DNA of 64,000 nucleotides from Sphingomonadales bacterium (GTDB lineage: Bacteria; Pseudomonadota; Alphaproteobacteria; Sphingomonadales; Sphingomonadaceae). A program made the translations under genes and the position numbers. This document shows, piece by piece, positions 11,661 through 20,352 of the stretch. Every line of letters starts with the position of its first letter. Positions within the stretch are counted from its first letter, which is position 1. A model generated the notes under the pieces. That model did not search any database. It was not told the DNA's origin and saw only the letters and a program-made list of their open reading frames with translations. Location of the stretch: assembly GCA_031424175.1 (NCBI GenBank), contig JANPGY010000008.1, forward strand, positions 7,253 through 71,252. Reading direction: 5' to 3'.

Positions 11661-12053
11661 TCATCGGTCACGCGTGTCCGCAGTTCCCGACGAGCCGCTA
11701 TCTTCACCGGGAATGAAATCCACCGCCATGTCGGGTGCGCGACTGCCGGTATAGTTTTGCGGCGCATCGTCGATAGGAAGGGTCGTCGGAATGCCGATCC
11801 GGTGCAATGCTTCGGCATCGTCCCGTGCGACCGTGGCGGGCGTGAAACCGATCGCCTCGGGCATGTCATCGACATGCGGTTCGGGCGAGAGCGGCGTTTC
11901 GGCCTCAGCCTTGCGCCATCCGCCAAACAGTGCCGCGCCAACCGCAAGCCCGCCGAGCAGCCCTGCCCCCATGACCGCGGCCTTCACACCGCCGACACGT
12001 TCCACGGCACGAGACGCTCGTTCGAGCGGGGTCACGTTGGTCTTTTTTGCCAT
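11661..12053 (-). CDS. Hypothetical single-TM protein (130 aa)
   Basis: One Gly/Ala/Leu hydrophobic segment; RBS GAGG and a sigma-EcfG-type promoter upstream. Confidence 0.65.
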   Translation of the reverse strand: MAKKTNVTPLERASRAVERVGGVKAAVMGAGLLGGLAVGAALFGGWRKAEAETPLSPEPHVDDMPEAIGFTPATVARDDAEALHRIGIPTTLPIDDAPQNYTGSRAPDMAVDFIPGEDSGSSGTADTRDR

Positions 12054-12083
12054 GATCGATCCTCGAAGCTTTGATGGAGGCCC

Positions 12084-12109
12084 AACGGTCGGACTGGACG
12101 CCATGTTCC
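12084..12109 (-). promoter_or_regulatory. Sigma-EcfG (general stress response) type promoter
   Basis: Minus strand GGAAC-N17-CGTT, 30 nt upstream of ATG 12053. Confidence 0.7.
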
Positions 12110-12361
12110 CATGCAGGTTCGGGAGCAAACCCCGCCTTGTAGCCGAGGCAGCGCCCCCGCGCCGGTTCCGGCGCAGCAAATATGACAGTTTAAGGTTGGC
12201 CTTGGTGAAACAACCACGGGTGATTAAAGGACCATTGAAGACGGATACGATCCGGGGTCAAAGACTGCGCTGATACCAGGGCATGCGGCATCGCCACGGC
12301 GCTGCTGCCCTGCATCCGGCCATATTTCCCCGGCAGTCTTAGACGAAAGGGCGACAGGAAC

Positions 12362-13432
12362 ATGATCAGCAAAGTGATGACGGCACTGGCCGTCTGCGCC
12401 ATTCTGGCGGGCTGCGGCAGCCGGAACGGTGCCAGTGACCGAGCGGACGGCGCCGTCACCAGCTTTTCAGGTGCGGGCGCGACCTTCCCGGCGCCGCTGT
12501 ACGCGAAATGGGCCGAGACCTATCGTCAATCAGCCCAGGTTTCGGTCAATTATCAGGCGATCGGATCGGGGGGTGGAATCAAGCAGATCGAAAGCAGCAC
12601 CGTCGATTTCGGGGCGACCGACAAGCCGCTGAAGCCCGAAGAGCTCAAGAGCCGGAATTTGTACCAGTTTCCGACCGTCATCGGCGGCGTTGTTCCGGTC
12701 GTGAACCTTCCCGGTATCCGGCCGGGCCAGGTCAGGCTGACCGGTTCCCTGCTCGGCGATATCTATCTCGGCACCGTCAAGCGCTGGGATGCGCCGCAGA
12801 TCGCCGGCCTCAATCCGGGCGTGAAGCTGCCCGCGCTTCCGATCACCGTCGTGCACCGCTCGGACGGTTCGGGCACGAGTTTCCTATTCACCAGCTATCT
12901 GTCGCTCAAAAGCCCTGCATGGCAGGCGCGCGTCGGCGCAAGCGATGCCGTCAACTGGCCGGTCGGGCTCGGCGGCAAGGGCAATGACGGCGTCTCCGCC
13001 TTCGTAAAGCAGACGCAGGGTGCAATCGGCTATGTCGAATATGCCTATGCCCGGCAAAGCGGCGCGACGACCGCGCTGGTCGAAAATCAGGCAGGCCAAT
13101 ATCCTGCGCCTGACGCCAGTGCCTTTGCAGCGGCGGCGTCGAGAGCTGACTGGGCCGGAGCCCCGGGCAATTATCTGCTGCTGCTCGATCAGCCGGGCGC
13201 TGCGAGCTGGCCGATCACCGGCGCGACATTTGTCCTCATCCATGCCGATCAGACCGACACGAAAAAGGCAGCGGGCATTCTGGGCTTCTTCGACTGGGCT
13301 TATGCCCATGGCGATCAGGCGGCTTCAGCGCTCGACTATGTGCCGCTGCCCGCCACTGTAAAGGACATGGTGCGCAAACAATGGGGCGAGATCATCCGCA
13401 GCGGCGGACGACCCGTTTATCCCGCGAAATGA
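12362..13432 (+). CDS. pstS: Phosphate ABC transporter substrate-binding lipoprotein
   Basis: Lipobox LAGC; GAGATFPAPLY, YQAIGSGGG, HRSDGSGTS. Confidence 0.95.
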   Translation: MISKVMTALAVCAILAGCGSRNGASDRADGAVTSFSGAGATFPAPLYAKWAETYRQSAQVSVNYQAIGSGGGIKQIESSTVDFGATDKPLKPEELKSRNLYQFPTVIGGVVPVVNLPGIRPGQVRLTGSLLGDIYLGTVKRWDAPQIAGLNPGVKLPALPITVVHRSDGSGTSFLFTSYLSLKSPAWQARVGASDAVNWPVGLGGKGNDGVSAFVKQTQGAIGYVEYAYARQSGATTALVENQAGQYPAPDASAFAAAASRADWAGAPGNYLLLLDQPGAASWPITGATFVLIHADQTDTKKAAGILGFFDWAYAHGDQAASALDYVPLPATVKDMVRKQWGEIIRSGGRPVYPAK

Positions 13433-13481
13433 AAACAAGATTCTCAGGCGGGCGATTGCCGCGCCGGATGACTATCGGGCG

Positions 13482-14438
13482 ATGACGGGGGGAACCCTTG
13501 CCTTCCGGGTAGCGATGCGCCCGCGCAGGGCGGGCGGTGCCGACGCGCTGTTCCATGCAGCATGTGCCGCTGCCGCCACCATGCTGCTGGCCGCGCTCGC
13601 CGGGCTGCTCGTCAGCCTCGTCATCGGCGGCTGGCCTGTCTTTGCGACATTCGGTTTCGGCTTTTTTACATCGAGTGTCTGGGATCCCGTCGCCGATATC
13701 TATGGCGCGGCGGGCCCGATCGTCGGGACGCTGGTCACGTCGCTGCTGGCGCTGGTCATTGCGCTCCCGCTCGCGCTTGGCGTCGCGGTGTTTCTTACCG
13801 AATTCTGCTGGCCTCCGATCGCTCAGCCGGTGGCGATTGCGGTCGAACTGCTCGCCGGGATCCCCTCGATCGTCTACGGAATGTGGGGGCTGTTCGTATT
13901 TGCCCCTTGGTTTGCGGCAAATGTGCAGGTGCCGCTGATGCTGAGCATAGCCCCGGGAAGCTGGATCGAGCCATGGCTTGCAGGCGTTCCCAATGGTGCC
14001 AATATCTTTACGGCCGGCATGATCCTCGCCATCATGATCCTGCCCTATATGTCGGCGGTTTTCCGCGAGCTTTTCCTTACGGTGCCGCCGCAGGTACGCG
14101 AGGCGGCCTATGGCCTGGGCTGTACGCCGTTCGAGGTCGTACGTGCGATCATCATCCCCTATGTGAGACGCGGCGCGATCGGCGTTGTCATGCTCGGGCT
14201 GGGCCGTGCGCTCGGCGAGACGATGGCGGTGACGTTCATCATCGGCAATGCCCACGGCTTCCCGCGCTCGGTGTTCGATTCGGGATCGACGCTCGCCTCA
14301 ACCATCGCCAATGAATTTGCCGAGGCAACCGGCGCGCTTCACGGTGCTGCACTGATTGCGCTGGGGCTGGTGCTGTTCATGTTCACCTTCACGGTATTGG
14401 CAATCGCCCGCGCCTTGCTGGGACGCGTTGAGGTATGA
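13482..14438 (+). CDS. pstC: Phosphate ABC transporter permease
   Basis: ELLAGIPSIVYG, GLGRALGETMAV, TLASTIANEF. Confidence 0.95.
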   Translation: MTGGTLAFRVAMRPRRAGGADALFHAACAAAATMLLAALAGLLVSLVIGGWPVFATFGFGFFTSSVWDPVADIYGAAGPIVGTLVTSLLALVIALPLALGVAVFLTEFCWPPIAQPVAIAVELLAGIPSIVYGMWGLFVFAPWFAANVQVPLMLSIAPGSWIEPWLAGVPNGANIFTAGMILAIMILPYMSAVFRELFLTVPPQVREAAYGLGCTPFEVVRAIIIPYVRRGAIGVVMLGLGRALGETMAVTFIIGNAHGFPRSVFDSGSTLASTIANEFAEATGALHGAALIALGLVLFMFTFTVLAIARALLGRVEV

Positions 14439-14469
14439 GATACCTGCCGTGCGGCAAAAAGGCGGCGCA

Positions 14470-15321
14470 ATGAGGCGCTCCGACTCCCGTACGGCGCGTC
14501 GTCGGCTTTCGAGCAGGGTCTTCTCGGTCGCCTGCGCTGCCGCCACCTTCGTCGCGTTGACCGCGCTGGCGCTGATATTGTGGACCTTGCTCGCCAAGGG
14601 GCTCGACGGGCTGTCCCTTTCGCTGTTCATGCTCGACCAGCCGGCGCCGGGTTCGATCGGCGGCCTGCGCAACGCCGTGGTGGGATCGATCATCCTGTGC
14701 GCAATCGGATTGGCGATCGCACTGGTAATCGGGATTCTCGCGGGCACGTGGCTCGCCGAATATGGCGCAGGGACGAAGGCTGGCCATATCTTCCGCTTTC
14801 TGAACGATGTGCTGCTATCTGCCCCGTCGATCCTGGTCGGCTTGTTCGTTTACGAACTCCTCGTCAGGCCGTTTCACAGCTTTTCCGGCTATGCCGGTGC
14901 CGTTGCGCTCGCGCTGATCGCAACGCCGATCGTCGTTCGAACGACCGAGGACATATTGGCGCTCCAGCCGCCCGCGCTTCGCGAAGCGGGCATGGCGCTC
15001 GGGGCAGGCCGGGCGCGCGTCATCCGCACTATCCTGTGGCGCTCGGCCACCAGTGGGCTTGTGACGGGCGGACTGCTCGGTTTTGCGCGCATTTCAGGGG
15101 AAACCGCGCCGCTTCTCTTTACGGCGCTGGGCGCGCAGTTCCTCACCCTCGATCCGGCAGAGCCGATGGCGAGCCTGCCGACCACCATCTTTCAGTTCGC
15201 CCTCAGCGCCTATGACGATTGGCAGCGCCTTGCCTGGGCGGGCGCACTGCTGATCGCAGGCGCGGTGCTTTTCGTCAACATTGCCGGCCGCGCCATCAGC
15301 CGCGAAAGGATCCGTCCATGA
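14470..15321 (+). CDS. pstA: Phosphate ABC transporter permease
   Basis: [27 protein letters not shown]. Confidence 0.95.
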   Translation: MRRSDSRTARRRLSSRVFSVACAAATFVALTALALILWTLLAKGLDGLSLSLFMLDQPAPGSIGGLRNAVVGSIILCAIGLAIALVIGILAGTWLAEYGAGTKAGHIFRFLNDVLLSAPSILVGLFVYELLVRPFHSFSGYAGAVALALIATPIVVRTTEDILALQPPALREAGMALGAGRARVIRTILWRSATSGLVTGGLLGFARISGETAPLLFTALGAQFLTLDPAEPMASLPTTIFQFALSAYDDWQRLAWAGALLIAGAVLFVNIAGRAISRERIRP

Positions 15322-16145
15322 ATGTCTCTGCCGCGGCACCCATCGACGATATGTCACGCGAGGCCGCGCCGATTATCGATATGCCACCGGCGGAAACGAT
15401 CGCGCTCGAGGCTAAGGGGCTCAATTTCTTTTACGGGTCTACCCAGGCGCTTTTCGACGTCGATCTCCCGGTGGAACGCAATCGGGTTACGGCGCTCATC
15501 GGCCCGTCGGGCTGCGGCAAATCGACGCTGCTGCGCGCGTTCAACCGCATCTACGATCTTTATCCAAACCAGCGCGCTTCCGGCCAGATCCTCCTCGAGG
15601 GCGACGATGTGCTCGGCGGTATGCGGACCGATGCGCTGCGTGCCCGCGTCGGCATGGTGTTTCAAAAGCCCACGCCATTCCCGATGTCGATCTATGAAAA
15701 CATCGCATTCGGCGTGCGGCTGTACAGCCGCGTTTCGCGCCCCGACATGGACGTGATCGTGGAACGGGCGCTGACCCGCGCCGCGCTGTGGGGGGAAGTC
15801 AGAGATAAACTGGGCAGCTCGGGTTTGAGCCTTTCGGGTGGCCAGCAGCAGCGGCTGTGCGTCGCACGCGCGATCGCCGTCGAGCCCGATGTCCTGCTTC
15901 TCGATGAACCGGCGTCGGCGCTCGATCCGGTTTCGACCGCCAAGCTCGAGGATACGCTGACGAATCTCACGCGCGAGCTCACCATCGTCATCGTCACGCA
16001 TAACCTGCAGCAGGCGGCGCGGATTTCCGATCGCACAGGGTTCATGTATCTCGGACGGATGATCGAATTCGGGCCGAGCGCGGAAATGTTTGCAAACCCG
16101 CGGTCGCCACGCACCAACAGCTACATCACCGGACGCTTCGGCTGA
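15318..16145 (+). CDS. pstB: Phosphate ABC transporter ATPase
   Basis: [40 protein letters not shown]. Confidence 0.97.
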   Translation: MNVSAAAPIDDMSREAAPIIDMPPAETIALEAKGLNFFYGSTQALFDVDLPVERNRVTALIGPSGCGKSTLLRAFNRIYDLYPNQRASGQILLEGDDVLGGMRTDALRARVGMVFQKPTPFPMSIYENIAFGVRLYSRVSRPDMDVIVERALTRAALWGEVRDKLGSSGLSLSGGQQQRLCVARAIAVEPDVLLLDEPASALDPVSTAKLEDTLTNLTRELTIVIVTHNLQQAARISDRTGFMYLGRMIEFGPSAEMFANPRSPRTNSYITGRFG

Positions 16146-16249
16146 GCGCCTCCGCGCTTTCCGCTCGTCGCGCCACGCAATCTTGACGGGCATGCGAACG
16201 TTTTGTGCAGGTGGATGCCCCAGGGGAAGGCGATCCGGAACGGCCTTTT

Positions 16250-16390
16250 CCGGGCACGGCAACCTGCCCCCCGAGCAACCAGCCGGTGCCAGAAGTGGTG
16301 GCAGACTTCACCTACATCCGGACGGCCGAGTGGTGGCTCTACGCCGTGGCTGCCCGCGACCTGTTCTTGCCGCGTCGTCGGCTGGGGGAC
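16250..16390 (+). pseudogene. Degenerate IS3-family transposase (rve core) fragment
   Basis: QKW (16290-98), VADFTYIRTAEWWLYAVAARDLF (16298-16366) and RVVGW (16371-85) spread over shifted frames. Confidence 0.82.
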
Positions 16391-16448
16391 CGCCAGGATC
16401 TGCGTGTGTGGCGATATCGACCTGTTCAGGTGCGACCTTTTCCATCCG

Positions 16449-17504
16449 TTACTCCGCCGCCACCCCGGCTTGTGCAAACATATCGACCTCTGCCGCCACG
16501 TCCTCATTCGCAGCGGGAGCTACCTTTGCGCCGCTGCGTCGGTCGAACGACTTCCACACGTCGTTCCAGTTTCCGCGCGTGGCCGCTTTTGAATACTCTG
16601 TCGCCCGTGTTTCGAAGAAGTTCGCATGTTCGACGCCGTTGAGCAGTGGCGCGAGCCAGGGAAGGGGGTGTTCATCGATCATGTAGATCGGCTTGAAGCC
16701 AAGCTGACCCAGCCGCCAGTCGGCGATATAGCGGATATATTTCTTGATTTCCTTCGGCGTCATCCCCGCCACCGGTCCCGCTTCGAACGCCAGGTCGATG
16801 AACGCATCCTCGAGCCGGACCGTCGTCTGGCAGCAATCCATGATATCGTCCTTCACCGCCTTGGTCAGGCAGTCGCGTTCCCTGGTGAAGGCGTGGAACA
16901 GTCTCGTGATCCCCTCGCAGTGAAGGCTTTCGTCGCGCACCGACCAGCTCACGATCTGCCCCATGCCCTTCATCTTGTTGAAGCGCGGAAAGTTCATCAG
17001 CATCGCAAAGCTCGCGAACAACTGAAGCCCTTCGGTGAAACCGCCGAACATGGCGAGCGTGCGGGCGATATCCTCATCGCTCTCCACGTTGAACGTGTGG
17101 AGATAATCGTGCTTCGCCTTCATTTCCTCATATTGGAGGAACATGCCATATTCGCTTTCGGGCATGCCGATCGTATCGAGCAGATGCGAATAGGCGGCGA
17201 TGTGCACCGTCTCCATATTGGAAAAGGCGGCGAGCATCATCTTGATCTCGGTCGGCTTGAAGATGCGGCCGTAATGTTCGTGATAGCAGTTCTGCACCTC
17301 GACATCGGCCTGGGTGAAAAAACGGAAGATCTGCGTCAGCAGATTGCGTTCGTGATCGGTGAGCTTCTGCGCCCAGTCGCGGCAATCCTCGCCCAGGGGC
17401 ACTTCCTCGGGCATCCAGTGGATCTGCTGCTGGCGCTTCCAGAAATCATAGGCCCAGGGATATTCGAACGGCTTATACTGGGTGCGGGCTTGGGTGAGGG
17501 ACAT
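16449..17504 (-). CDS. nrdB: Class Ia ribonucleotide reductase beta subunit
   Basis: FTQADVEV, METVHIAAY (ExxH plus radical Tyr), DESLH, FFETRATEY. Confidence 0.95.
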   Translation of the reverse strand: MSLTQARTQYKPFEYPWAYDFWKRQQQIHWMPEEVPLGEDCRDWAQKLTDHERNLLTQIFRFFTQADVEVQNCYHEHYGRIFKPTEIKMMLAAFSNMETVHIAAYSHLLDTIGMPESEYGMFLQYEEMKAKHDYLHTFNVESDEDIARTLAMFGGFTEGLQLFASFAMLMNFPRFNKMKGMGQIVSWSVRDESLHCEGITRLFHAFTRERDCLTKAVKDDIMDCCQTTVRLEDAFIDLAFEAGPVAGMTPKEIKKYIRYIADWRLGQLGFKPIYMIDEHPLPWLAPLLNGVEHANFFETRATEYSKAATRGNWNDVWKSFDRRSGAKVAPAANEDVAAEVDMFAQAGVAAE

Positions 17505-17540
17505 GGGGTTACTCCGGTTAATTTCTTCTGACAATTATAC

Positions 17541-17741
17541 TCATCGCGGCAGCCTCGGCGACAGCGGCGGCAGCGGTGTGCCCGTTGCATATTGCACAAC
17601 GGTTTCCAGGCGAACCAGGCGGCGGTCGATGTCATCGACGCTCGCGTCTAGGCGTTCGACCTTCTCCAACAGATCCGTCATGCGCTGGTCGATCGTGAAG
17701 ACCTTGCGCAACCCGCTGCCGATGTACTCGACCGGGTTCAT
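17541..17741 (-). CDS. Small coiled-coil hypothetical protein (66 aa)
   Basis: Heptad LLEKVERLDASVDDIDRRLVRLE; ATGA overlap with the upstream gene. Confidence 0.7.
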   Translation of the reverse strand: MNPVEYIGSGLRKVFTIDQRMTDLLEKVERLDASVDDIDRRLVRLETVVQYATGTPLPPLSPRLPR

Positions 17742-18100
17742 GCCGCCTGCCGCTTGCCGAAGAAGCGTCGCGCCGCTTCCCAGTCGATGTCAGGGTCATT
17801 GACAACCTGCTCGCGGATCTCGGTGCGATAAGCTTCGCTGTCGTAATAAGCGCGACGGGCTTCTCCCTGCTCCAGCGTCTTGATCGAGCGCTCCAGATTG
17901 CGCTCGATATTGTCGAGCGCGGCTTCCACCGCTGGCATCATCGCCCGCAGATCCTCAAGTGCGCCAACATCGTCAGCGTCGAGCAGCGAAACCAGCTTTC
18001 GCACATATTCGCTCGCGCTGACCCCGAGTTTCGCCGATTCGGCCGCGATTCGCGACTTTTCCTCTGGCGTTACCAGCAGCACCATTCGCTCAGTCTTCAT
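17738..18100 (-). CDS. Ribbon-helix-helix (CopG/MobC-like) protein with coiled-coil tail (120 aa)
   Basis: ERMVLLVT-PEEKSRIAAESAKLG-VSASEYVRKLV fits a strand-helix-helix pattern; RBS GGAGG. Confidence 0.7.
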   Translation of the reverse strand: MKTERMVLLVTPEEKSRIAAESAKLGVSASEYVRKLVSLLDADDVGALEDLRAMMPAVEAALDNIERNLERSIKTLEQGEARRAYYDSEAYRTEIREQVVNDPDIDWEAARRFFGKRQAA

Positions 18101-18137
18101 CGCCTGCCTCCAGACATGAACATATGCATGCACATGT

Positions 18138-20042
18138 TTACTGGCAAGCCAGGCATTCGTCATAATCTTTTTCGGCAAGCTCGATCACCGGCGGCACGGC
18201 GGTATTGTCTGCCTCCACGCCACCGGCGAACCCGGCCCGCTGGATGCTCTTCGAACGCAGGTAATAAAGCGATTTCACGCCCAGTTCCCATGCGCGGAAA
18301 TGGAGCATCAGCAAATCCCATTTCTCGACATCGGCGGGGATGAACAGGTTCAGCGACGTCGCCTGGTCGATAAACGGCGTGCGGTCCGCCGCAAGTTCGA
18401 TCAGCCAGCGCTGGTCGATTTCGAAGCTGGTCTTGTAGACGTCCTTTTCATCCGCGCTGAGGAAATCGAGGTGCTGGACCGAGCCGCCCTGTTCAAGGAT
18501 CGAGTTCCACACGCCATCCGAATTCTTCGATTTTTCGGTCAGCAGCTTTTCCAGATAGGGATTGCGGATCGAAAAGCTGCCCGACAGCGTCTTGTGCGTA
18601 TAGATGTTCGCCGGGATCGGTTCGATGCAGGCGCTCGTCCCGCCGCAGATGATGCTGATGCTCGCCGTTGGCGCGATCGCCATCTTGCAGCTGAACCGCT
18701 CCATCACGCCCCGCTCCTCGGCATCGGGGCAGGCACCGCGCTCGCTGGCGAGCAGCATCGATGCTTCCTCGGCCTTCTGGCTGATGTGCTTGAAGATCCT
18801 GAAGTTCCAGCTTTTCGCCATCGCCCCTTCGAACGGAATGTTCCGTGCCTGGAGGAACGAGTGAAAGCCCATGACGCCAAGGCCCACCGAACGCTCGCGG
18901 CTGGCCGAATAGGCCGCGCGCTCCATCTCCGGCGGTGCGCGTTCGATATAGTCCGACAGGACATTGTCGAGGAAGCGCATGATATCCTCGATCACCCGTT
19001 TGTCGCCCGACCATTCATCCCAGGTTTCGAGATTGAGCGATGACAGGCAGCAGACCGCCGTCCGGTCATTGCCCAGATGGTCGCGCCCCGTCGGCAGCGT
19101 GATTTCGCTGCACAGGTTCGAGGTCGAGACTTTCAGCCCCAGTTCGCGGTGGTGCCTCGGCATCATCCGGTTCACCGTATCGGCAAAGACGATATAGGGT
19201 TCGCCCGTCGCCAGCCGCGTCTCGACGAGCTTCTGGAACAGGCTGCGTGCATCGACGGTCGCGCGGACGCTCTGGTCCCTCGGGCTCAGCAGATGCCATT
19301 CACTGCCCTCTCGCACTGCTTCCATGAAGGCGTCGGTCAGCAGGACGCCGTGATGGAGGTTCAGGGCTTTCCGGTTGAAATCGCCCGAGGGTTTGCGGAT
19401 TTCAAGGAATTCCTCGATCTCGGGATGCGACACATCGAGGTAGCAGGCCGCCGATCCGCGCCGCAGCGAACCCTGCGAGATCGCCAGGGTCAGCGAATCC
19501 ATCACGCGCACGAACGGGATGATCCCGCTGGTCTTTCCGTTGAGGCCCACCGGCTCGCCGATTCCGCGGACATTGCCCCAATAGGTGCCGATCCCGCCGC
19601 CGCGCGACGCGAGCCAGACGTTCTCATTCCATGTCGCGACAATCCCTTCGAGGCTGTCGGATACCGAATTGAGATAGCAGGAAATCGGCAGCCCGCGTCC
19701 GGTGCCGCCGTTCGACAGGATCGGCGTCGACGGCATGAACCACAATTTCGAGATATAATCGTAGAGCCGTTGGGCGTGCGCCTGATCATCGGCATAGGCG
19801 CTTGCCACGCGCACGAACAGGTCCTGATAGGATTCGCCGGGCAGGAGATAGCGATCCTTCAGCGTCTCCCTGCCGAAATCGGTCAGAAGCGCGTCACGCG
19901 AATGATCGACATCGACCGCATAGAGCTGCGGCATTATGTCCCGCGATCCGGGCGGGGACGACGTATCGGCACTTGTCGCCACAGCAACCGTTTCCATCAG
20001 ATCCGCTGTCATCATGCTCGTGTCGCCATCCCGGAAATCCAT
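18138..20042 (-). CDS. nrdA: Class I ribonucleotide reductase alpha subunit
   Basis: FMPSTP, ISCYL, SNLCSEI, IAPTASIS, YYLR, C-terminal CLAC. Confidence 0.95.
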   Translation of the reverse strand: MDFRDGDTSMMTADLMETVAVATSADTSSPPGSRDIMPQLYAVDVDHSRDALLTDFGRETLKDRYLLPGESYQDLFVRVASAYADDQAHAQRLYDYISKLWFMPSTPILSNGGTGRGLPISCYLNSVSDSLEGIVATWNENVWLASRGGGIGTYWGNVRGIGEPVGLNGKTSGIIPFVRVMDSLTLAISQGSLRRGSAACYLDVSHPEIEEFLEIRKPSGDFNRKALNLHHGVLLTDAFMEAVREGSEWHLLSPRDQSVRATVDARSLFQKLVETRLATGEPYIVFADTVNRMMPRHHRELGLKVSTSNLCSEITLPTGRDHLGNDRTAVCCLSSLNLETWDEWSGDKRVIEDIMRFLDNVLSDYIERAPPEMERAAYSASRERSVGLGVMGFHSFLQARNIPFEGAMAKSWNFRIFKHISQKAEEASMLLASERGACPDAEERGVMERFSCKMAIAPTASISIICGGTSACIEPIPANIYTHKTLSGSFSIRNPYLEKLLTEKSKNSDGVWNSILEQGGSVQHLDFLSADEKDVYKTSFEIDQRWLIELAADRTPFIDQATSLNLFIPADVEKWDLLMLHFRAWELGVKSLYYLRSKSIQRAGFAGGVEADNTAVPPVIELAEKDYDECLACQ

Positions 20043-20352
20043 TACCCAAATCCCTAAACATTCTGTCTTAGTTCGACTTGTGCCGGAGCCCGGCTTAGCA
20101 TGTTGAGAGATCGGAAAACCGCCTGTTTGAGGCGCGTTTTCCAGCAATTACAGCGATAATCTGTTTGCCTGTCGTGACCAATCACACTGCCCTTTCCACA
20201 ATCTGTGGTATCAGCACGTCGGCATAACCGCAATTTATGGTAACATTATCGGCAATTCCTGCAAGGCTGAAAATGGTTAATTTTGATCGATACACATCTC
20301 TTGGACCCGCCCGTCGCCGCGCGCTAGGGCGTGCGCGTCGCGGGGGCAGGCA

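Noticed and set aside
12181-12188. Pho box upstream of pstS
   Set aside because: Only one CTGTCATA half-site, on the minus strand, with no partner at 11-bp spacing
16290-16300. Programmed -1 frameshift of an active IS3
   Set aside because: The shift is inside the catalytic core, not at the orfA/orfB junction; there is a second shift and no termini, so this is decay
20043-20352. NrdR box upstream of nrdA
   Set aside because: CACA and TGTG are 3 bp apart rather than 6; no match to the NrdR consensus
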